A stretch of DNA of 64,000 nucleotides, from positions 45,474 through 109,473 of the forward strand of contig JAECRA010000003.1 in assembly GCA_015999985.1 (NCBI GenBank). Direction: 5' to 3'. The notes under the pieces were generated by a model that did no database searches, was not told the DNA's origin, and was given only the letters and a program-made list of their open reading frames with translations. Origin of the DNA: Comamonadaceae bacterium. GTDB lineage: Bacteria > Pseudomonadota > Gammaproteobacteria > Burkholderiales > Burkholderiaceae_C. Position numbers and translations under genes: made by a program. Below, in pieces: positions 57,487-64,000 of this stretch; position 1 is the first letter of the stretch; each line of letters opens with the position of its first letter.

Positions 57487-59168
57487 CAGAGGCCCCGCTT
57501 CTTCGTGTAATCCAGCTGGCAGCCAGCCAGCCACTGGCGAATCGCAAAGGCCACCGCGATCGCATGGTCGACTCACAAGTTGACGTGCTGGTCATTGGAG
57601 GTGGCATTACCGGCGCCGGGGTTGCCTTGGACGCGGTGTCGCGCGGCCTGAAAGTCGCCCTGGTAGAACGCGCAGATTTTGCATCTGGAACGTCTTCGCG
57701 TTCTTCGAAGATGATCCACGGAGGTTTTCGCTACCTTCAAACTGGCGATGTAGCCCTGGTCCGGGAATCTTTGCACGAACGTCACAGGCTGCAGAACAAC
57801 GCGCCGCATCTGGTGAGCTTGCTCCCGTTCATGATTCCTCTGTTCCTGAAAGGCGGGCTCATCAATCCCAAGCTTTCACGCGCGCTGGGTGCCGCTCTTT
57901 GGAGCTACCAGTTCGCAGGGGCCTGGAAACTTCTCAAGCGTCATCGCCGACTGAACCAGGACCAAGTCCGCGCTCACATGCCATCGCTCGATATAGATCG
58001 AATTGGTGGTGCCTATCTTTTCCATGACTTGCGCGCCGACGATGCGCGGTTGACATTCGCCGTGCTCGCGACAGCTGCTGAACGCGGCGCGAACGTTCTG
58101 AACCATGCATCTTGTGAACAGATCTCAGACTATCAGCAAGGCGCAAGAACCGTCACCATCAGAACCGATGACGACGTTTTTTCATTGCGTGCTCGCATGG
58201 TTGTCAACGCCACAGGTATCTGGGCAGATAGGCTTCTGGAATCCTCCGGGCTTCGCTCGTCGCAGCGTCTGTCGCCGGCTAAAGGGACTCATCTGGTCGT
58301 TCGCTCCGATCTGCTGCGCAACGATGTGGCGGTCAGTATTCCCGTGGCCAGCGATAAACGGACGGTATCCGTTGTCGACGCGGGTCCATTCAGCTACATA
58401 GGGTCGACCGACACCACCGGCGCATTCGATATCAACACGCCCTCTGTCACGATGGCAGACGTGGACTACATCCTGCACGGCCTGAACCGTCATTTACGGG
58501 TCACCGTCCAGCCAGAGGACATCACCAGCGGCTGGGCTGGTTTTCGCCCTCTGCTCGCGGACGCGTCCAAAGGAAGAAGCGCAGACCTTTCGCGTCGACA
58601 CCATATTTCCGTTGATGGTGATGGGTTCATCTCGGTCACGGGAGGCAAGCTCACCACCTATCGACAGATGGCAGAGGGCGCGATGGACACCGCGGTCAGC
58701 CTTCTGGGCACAAACCGGCGCAGTACGACACGTGATCTCAAGCTCCACGGATGGCACCAAGGCGCAAGCCATCTGGATAGCCAAGACCGTTTGGGCAAAC
58801 GATACGGCAACCGTGCCTCCATCTTGCGATCCCTGCAGGAAGTGGCCCCCTCGCTTGGTCAACGCGTCACGCCCACTTCCGACACCCTGGTGGCGGAAGC
58901 GGTCTGGGCCCTTCATGCGGAAATGGCCGTCGACCTATCCGATGCACTCTTGCGCCGCACGCGCGTAGGTACGTACGACGGACGCGCATTGCTCGCCAAT
59001 GCAGATGCTATTGGGGCTTCGATTCTTGCCTGGACGGATTGGAGCGAGAGTCAACGCCAGCGAGCCATCGACAAGCTCAAGACAACCCTGCGCAGCGAGC
59101 TCGGCGTACTGGCCGATCAGCCCCTGCCTCCCTCGGATCTCCCTGTAACCAAGGACACTCATGTCTAA
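57483..59168 (+). CDS. FAD-dependent glycerol-3-phosphate dehydrogenase/oxidase (GlpD family)
   Basis: DVLVIGGGITGAGVA.DA..RGL, DFASGTSSRSSKMIHGG.RYL, DDARL, KGTH, GFRPL, GGKLTTYR. Confidence 0.92.
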   Translation: MTEAPLLRVIQLAASQPLANRKGHRDRMVDSQVDVLVIGGGITGAGVALDAVSRGLKVALVERADFASGTSSRSSKMIHGGFRYLQTGDVALVRESLHERHRLQNNAPHLVSLLPFMIPLFLKGGLINPKLSRALGAALWSYQFAGAWKLLKRHRRLNQDQVRAHMPSLDIDRIGGAYLFHDLRADDARLTFAVLATAAERGANVLNHASCEQISDYQQGARTVTIRTDDDVFSLRARMVVNATGIWADRLLESSGLRSSQRLSPAKGTHLVVRSDLLRNDVAVSIPVASDKRTVSVVDAGPFSYIGSTDTTGAFDINTPSVTMADVDYILHGLNRHLRVTVQPEDITSGWAGFRPLLADASKGRSADLSRRHHISVDGDGFISVTGGKLTTYRQMAEGAMDTAVSLLGTNRRSTTRDLKLHGWHQGASHLDSQDRLGKRYGNRASILRSLQEVAPSLGQRVTPTSDTLVAEAVWALHAEMAVDLSDALLRRTRVGTYDGRALLANADAIGASILAWTDWSESQRQRAIDKLKTTLRSELGVLADQPLPPSDLPVTKDTHV

Positions 59169-60702
59169 GAACCCCATTCCAATCGCCGCCCGCAGGCCTC
59201 AAGCGCCGCCTGGAGGCCTCGGTCTAGATCTCTCAGAAATCGAAGAAACGCTCGACGGCCAGGCGGTCGTGGTCGACGATCGACTGATCCAGCGCTTGCA
59301 CTCCGTCTGCGACGACGTCAGCGTCGCCCACCACGACCTCGCAGACGCCAGCCGTGATTGGTGGCCACTAGGCATGGTTTGGGCCACGACAGGGCGTGTC
59401 GCTCGCAAGGCAGGTGTGGTGGTCAGGCCCAAGTCGGTGGAAGAAATTTCGGCTGTGCTGCGTCTGTGCAATGAATCCGGAGTGCCTGTCACCGCTTCAG
59501 GGGGGCGCAGCGGCGTGTTGGGAAATTCCCTGCCAGTGTTTGGCGGTGTCTCGCTCGACTGCACGAACTTGTCCGGCATCCTGGATCTCCGAGCCGATGA
59601 TCTCACCGTCGATGTGAGGGCGGGTACGTTCTTTGATGCACTTGAAGCGAGCTGTCAATCAGCCGGGTACACCGTAGGGCATTGGCCGCAGTCTGTTGCT
59701 TTGGCCACCGTGGGCGGATCCATTGCATGCCGCGGCGCTGGCCAGATGTCTACACGCTATGGCACCATGGCTGACATCACCAAAAGCGTGACCGCCGTGC
59801 TGGCCGATGGACGTGTCATAGAGACCAGCGAGTACTCCCATTCAGCGACCGGTCCAGACTTGACTCAACTCTTCGTCGGCTCAGAAGGCACCCTGGGCGT
59901 GATCACGTCGGCCCGGCTGCACGTGCGGCCAAAGGCCAACTACCAGGCCAGCGCGGCGTTCGCATTCGACAGCTTTGCAGCGGGCGTCGAAGCCATTGGG
60001 CGTTTCGCCCGCCGAGGTGCCGCTCCAGCGGTCGTAAGACTCTACGATGATGTGGAGTCACGACGCAACTTTGCGACTGTAGGCAAGCATGTGCTCATCC
60101 TGCATGACGAAGGCGAAGCCGCCTTGATAGAAGGCGCCTGGAAGTTGATGCTCAGCGAATGCACCGCAGCCGGAGGTGTCACCATGGACAAGGGCCTGGT
60201 GGAGCAATGGTTGGGACACCGGAACAATGTACGCACCATCGACACATTGATCGAAGATCGTGCTCCGGACACCATGGAAGTGACCGCACCTTGGTCGCGC
60301 CTGGTGGAGATCTACAACGCTACCACGGCTGCCATCTCGGCCGTTGATGGCTCGCGGACTGCGACAGCGCACATCTCGCACGTTTACCCTTACGGAGCGG
60401 GGCTCTATTTCATGTTTGGAGGTCGGCCTGAAGTTGACAAGAGGCCGCTCTGGTACCGCGAGACCTGGAACGCTGCAGCACGCGCCGCGTTGGCCGCTGG
60501 CGCCAATTTGAGCCATCATCATGGCATAGGCCTGGGTAGAGGGCGGTTCATGAGCGAAGCGCTGGGTGGCAGCTATCACGTGCTTTCCGCGGTCAAGCGC
60601 GCCCTGGATCCAAAAGGCATCCTCAACCCAGGAAAACTTGGACTTGACAGCCCCTTTGGCGTACCGCCCGAGTGGGAAGATAGAGCGTCCATCCGCCGTT
60701 GA
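59161..60702 (+). CDS. FAD-binding VAO/PCMH-family oxidoreductase, alkyl-DHAP-synthase-like
   Basis: GGRSGV.G, GHWPQS...ATVGG.IA.RGAGQ.STRYG, GPDL..LF.GSEGTLG, AHISHVY..GA.LYF, SHHHGIG, LDP.GILNPGK. Confidence 0.88.
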   Translation: MSKNPIPIAARRPQAPPGGLGLDLSEIEETLDGQAVVVDDRLIQRLHSVCDDVSVAHHDLADASRDWWPLGMVWATTGRVARKAGVVVRPKSVEEISAVLRLCNESGVPVTASGGRSGVLGNSLPVFGGVSLDCTNLSGILDLRADDLTVDVRAGTFFDALEASCQSAGYTVGHWPQSVALATVGGSIACRGAGQMSTRYGTMADITKSVTAVLADGRVIETSEYSHSATGPDLTQLFVGSEGTLGVITSARLHVRPKANYQASAAFAFDSFAAGVEAIGRFARRGAAPAVVRLYDDVESRRNFATVGKHVLILHDEGEAALIEGAWKLMLSECTAAGGVTMDKGLVEQWLGHRNNVRTIDTLIEDRAPDTMEVTAPWSRLVEIYNATTAAISAVDGSRTATAHISHVYPYGAGLYFMFGGRPEVDKRPLWYRETWNAAARAALAAGANLSHHHGIGLGRGRFMSEALGGSYHVLSAVKRALDPKGILNPGKLGLDSPFGVPPEWEDRASIRR

Positions 60703-62165
60703 TGCGCAGCATGGAAGACACGATACTGGTGGTGGATTGCGGGACGACCAGCCTGCGATTCTCATTGGTGTCCAAGACCGGGCAGACCGTGACGACGCGA
60801 CGTGCCGTGGTGCCCGCGCACCACGACGCGGACGGCATCAGCTGGGACGGAAACGCAATCGCGTCTTGCATACTTCGTGAGGTCGAGGCACTGGTGGGAG
60901 ACGAGCCCATTGCAGGGATCGCCATTGCCAACCAGCGCACGACATGCCTGGTATGGGATGCGCAGACCTCACAGGTATTAGGTCCTGTACTGAGTTGGTC
61001 AGATGGTCGCACGCGCGATCTGGACCGCGCGCTGAGGGGCCAAGGCGTGCGTCATGTCGCGAATCTCACTGGGAGCAAACTGCGCTGGTTGCTCGATCGA
61101 GTGGACCCCGATCGTGCGCTGTCGAATTCGGGTCGCTTGAAAGGCGGAACGCTCGACTCATGGATCGTCTGGACGCTGAGCGGTGGAAAGCGTCATCTGA
61201 GTGACCATGTCAACGCGTCGCACAGCGGTCTTTTCGATATTCGAAAGCTGGCGTGGGACGACGCTTTGGCAGCGTCCATGGGCGTGCCGTTGGCCATCTT
61301 GCCGAGCCTGGTTCCATGCACTGGTCCGTTCGGCGCGGCAGAAGCGGTGCGGGGTCAACCGCCTATTCTGGCTCTGATCGGCGACCAACAAGCGTCCCTG
61401 CTCGGCCAAGGTTGCGTCAAACCCGGTGCCACCAAAATCACTTTCGGCACCGTCGGTGTGGTCAGCTCCGTTCTGGGGTCTCAACCCCTGGCTTCACATG
61501 GCCGCGCAGCCTTCGGGAACATTGCCTTGAGCACTGGCCAAGGCGTGAGATATGGCGTGGAAACGTCGATGCAGTCGGCCGGCTCTGCCATCGAATGGTT
61601 AATACGAACAGGCCTGCTTGATGATGCCTCCAATATCGACGCGCTCGTCGATCCGACCCACCGCAGTGAAGCGATTTTCGTCTCTGCGCTGGACGGTTTG
61701 GGAGCACCGCATTGGAAACCAGCAGCGCGCGCCGCCTTCATGGGCCTAAGTTCCGCGAACGGCCGAGGCGACATGGCCAGGGCCGTTCTGGACGGTATCG
61801 CTTGCGCCACTTCGGAAATTCTCGATCTGTTGGAGCAGGCCACACAACTACCTCTGGAGAACATCAGCATCGACGGTGGCTTGAGCGCGAGCAGGGTGTT
61901 TCGTGACATCTTGGTCACCACTGCCGGTCGTCCCATGCGACATGCGGCGCACATTGAATCCACCACGTTCGGTGCGGCCGTGCTGGGATTTCTCGCTCTA
62001 GGCCATGACCTTCGCCCTGATGACGCAGACCTTTGGAAAGCTGCTGCACCCATCTTGCCGCATTCCGGCACAAAGCCGGGAGATCGATTGGCCTGGCGTG
62101 AGGCCGTCGACGCTGTGCTCACGCTTCACGAGCGTCGCATCCGTCAACTGAGAGCTGACGAATGA
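60702..62165 (+). CDS. FGGY-family carbohydrate kinase (glycerol kinase-like)
   Basis: VDCGTTS.R, IANQRTT..WD, W.D.RT, GTLDSW, NAS, GDQQA.L.GQ, GLGAPHW, IDGG. Confidence 0.9.
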   Translation: MRSMEDTILVVDCGTTSLRFSLVSKTGQTVTTRRAVVPAHHDADGISWDGNAIASCILREVEALVGDEPIAGIAIANQRTTCLVWDAQTSQVLGPVLSWSDGRTRDLDRALRGQGVRHVANLTGSKLRWLLDRVDPDRALSNSGRLKGGTLDSWIVWTLSGGKRHLSDHVNASHSGLFDIRKLAWDDALAASMGVPLAILPSLVPCTGPFGAAEAVRGQPPILALIGDQQASLLGQGCVKPGATKITFGTVGVVSSVLGSQPLASHGRAAFGNIALSTGQGVRYGVETSMQSAGSAIEWLIRTGLLDDASNIDALVDPTHRSEAIFVSALDGLGAPHWKPAARAAFMGLSSANGRGDMARAVLDGIACATSEILDLLEQATQLPLENISIDGGLSASRVFRDILVTTAGRPMRHAAHIESTTFGAAVLGFLALGHDLRPDDADLWKAAAPILPHSGTKPGDRLAWREAVDAVLTLHERRIRQLRADE

Positions 62166-62283
62166 ATCCTGCAGACCGCTATTGCATTCACCAGCACCGT
62201 GGTGGCGAAACATCATCTCGAACCGATCTTCGCCCAAGCCTCGTCCACCTGCCCAATGCAGGTGGTCTTTCCAGGAGCATCGT

Positions 62284-63042
62284 ATGACCGTCAGTTTGAA
62301 TTTCAGCCATGAGGGCGCGGTTGCCACCGTATCGCTCGCCCGCCCTGAGGCACGCAATGCGCTGAACTACGCCATGCTGGAGCAGGTCTCCGATGCTTTC
62401 CGCGTCGCTGATTCGCGCGGCGCGCGCATCATTGTCTTGCGAGCGGACGGCCCCTCGTTTTGCGCCGGTGCGGACCGAAAAGCCTACCCTGGGTTCAGCT
62501 CGGGTGAATCCAACGAAGCCCTCGCGCAGCATGCCATCAACATTGGCAACCGCGTCACACAGACCATTGCCAGCACCAATGCGTTGACCATCGCACAAGT
62601 CCATGGCCATGCCGTCGGCGGTGGGCTAGTATTGGCGATGTGCTGCGACATGCGCTTTACCGCAGACGACGCTCGATTGTCTCTGCCCGAACTGAGCCTC
62701 GGCTTGCCGCTTGCATGGGGCGCGCTCTACCGGCTCATTGGTATGGTGGGCACGACCAAAGCATGGGACATGCTGGCCTCTATGGAGATTTTGAGCGGCT
62801 CCGAGGCTGCCCAAATCGGACTGTGCAGTGCCGCAGTACCAGCGGCAGAGTTGCCTGGGCTGGTTTCGCGGAAAATTGAAGGCTTTCTGAAAATCAACCC
62901 GCAGGCGCTGTTTTTGACAAAGCGCCAGTTTCGGGCAATATCGGCCAAGGCATCATTTGGAAACCTGGAAGACTTGGATGGCTCGCTTCTACTCGGCCCG
63001 CTGCGTGCCAATACCTTCGACAACGCCTTTGAAACCCCCTAA
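62284..63042 (+). CDS. Enoyl-CoA hydratase/isomerase (crotonase) family protein
   Basis: L.RPEARNAL, FCAGAD, G.AVGGG..LA..CD.R, LPE..LG; ATG 62284 with RBS AGGAG. Confidence 0.9.
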   Translation: MTVSLNFSHEGAVATVSLARPEARNALNYAMLEQVSDAFRVADSRGARIIVLRADGPSFCAGADRKAYPGFSSGESNEALAQHAINIGNRVTQTIASTNALTIAQVHGHAVGGGLVLAMCCDMRFTADDARLSLPELSLGLPLAWGALYRLIGMVGTTKAWDMLASMEILSGSEAAQIGLCSAAVPAAELPGLVSRKIEGFLKINPQALFLTKRQFRAISAKASFGNLEDLDGSLLLGPLRANTFDNAFETP

Positions 63043-63060
63043 AGGCCACGGAGCGAGCAA

Positions 63061-63807
63061 TTGATAAATCTAGAGGACGAAGGCGAATCTAAAGGCCTGC
63101 CCACGACGGCCGGCGGGCAGGAGACCATTGCCAAGGTCCAGAACGCAGTGCTGGAAATGCTCGAAAAGCAAGGCGTGCTGGCGGGTATCAACCTGAACGA
63201 AGTGGCCAAGCTTGCTGGCGTTAACCGCAGCCTGGTCTACCATCATTTCGGTACGCGGCAAGGCTTGCTTCGTTCCGCCATAAAAAAACGGATGCAGGAC
63301 AAGCATGCGCTCACGCGCACGCCAACAGAACCCATGCCTCTGGGCGATCGGGTCGTGGACGGACTACGTAAGACCATCAGTAGCGCGGATACGTTGCGGT
63401 TGAGCACATTGCTGCACCTCGACGGTTCTCTGTCGCCAAAGCTGATGCCCAACGCAAAAACCACGTTGCTATTGCTGGACAGAGACCGTGCGCTCGGCTT
63501 GGCGCCTGACACCGACGATATCGCCGCTCTTCATGTCTCTTACGCCGCAGCGGTCTATGGCTACGCGCTTTACAGGGAAGTCTTCGCACGGGACCTGGAA
63601 ATGGACCCAGCAGAGCTTGACACACGGGTGGAGGAAAGTCTCCGCCGACTTTTCGACGGCAAGCCTACTGAAACGAGATCGAAAGCCAAGCCGCGTACCC
63701 CTAAGGCGCCGCCCCTGAAGGCTCGAAAGGACACTGTCACGCCCCCAGTGCATCCGAGCGTTAAGCGAAAGCCTGGATCAAAAGTAAAGGCCCCAAAAAG
63801 TCGGTGA
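63061..63807 (+). CDS. TetR/AcrR-family regulator with a basic C-terminal tail
   Basis: AGINLNEVAKLAGVNRSLVYHHFGTRQGL HTH; TTG start with RBS GGAG; K/P/R-rich last ~48 aa. Confidence 0.85.
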   Translation: MINLEDEGESKGLPTTAGGQETIAKVQNAVLEMLEKQGVLAGINLNEVAKLAGVNRSLVYHHFGTRQGLLRSAIKKRMQDKHALTRTPTEPMPLGDRVVDGLRKTISSADTLRLSTLLHLDGSLSPKLMPNAKTTLLLLDRDRALGLAPDTDDIAALHVSYAAAVYGYALYREVFARDLEMDPAELDTRVEESLRRLFDGKPTETRSKAKPRTPKAPPLKARKDTVTPPVHPSVKRKPGSKVKAPKSR

Positions 63808-64000
63808 GCCCAAGCATGACTTGATCACCTCACGCACTACAAAAGTACGCATGAGGTTTTCCAAGCTGTTTCCGGAATGCCACGGGCCTTTCACGGACTT
63901 TCACGCGTTCGAAAACGTTCGATCAGGGTGTATCTCGCGCAGGCATCTTTCTAAGCACGCATTGACGCCCCTACGGATACAGAGTCCATCACTTGCAGCG

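Noticed and set aside
57483-62165. Calling these genes the housekeeping glpD/glpK glycerol operon
   Set aside because: The kinase lacks glycerol-binding residues, there is no glpF or glpR, and an ADHAPS-like gene sits between them, so symbols were withheld.
63888-63905. CTTTCACG direct repeat with a 10-bp period (OmpR-type site?)
   Set aside because: Too short to support alone, and the downstream gene lies outside the window.
1-64000. tRNA, rRNA, integrase, transposase or defence systems
   Set aside because: No supporting motifs were seen by eye; small RNAs could still be missed without covariance searches.

Overview
GC-rich betaproteobacterial chromosome segment. It looks Comamonadaceae-like from its four Bug/TctC receptors and its gene content; this placement is inferred, not searched. 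The window is mostly accessory catabolic modules with a few housekeeping-type genes between them (rsmE, YidB-family, M20 peptidase, GST, DUF72). Modules in order: (1) a LysR-controlled organosulfur operon (multi-rhodanese, Bug, thiol dioxygenase, DapC-like aminotransferase, MetC-like C-S lyase, Bug). (2) A ~17 kb CoA-dependent oxidation island with a shared operator motif and an unlisted, internally deleted SMP-30/lactonase pseudogene. (3) An acetoacetate-CoA ligase / TetR / ABC / cyclase / fahA module without hmgA or maiA. (4) A LacI / Bug / amidohydrolase module with a perfect operator. (5) An AT-rich orphan lipoprotein. (6) The best candidate for a new system: a PotABCD-like transporter with GlpD, an alkyl-DHAP-synthase-like flavoprotein, a glycerol-kinase homolog with an altered substrate pocket, an acyl-CoA ligase and a crotonase. 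This suggests catabolism of a glyceryl ether, possibly a betaine-lipid head group (inference). Several structured REP/MITE-like elements are present. I found no tRNA, rRNA, CRISPR array, transposase or prophage. All calls come from reading motifs by eye; no database searches were run.
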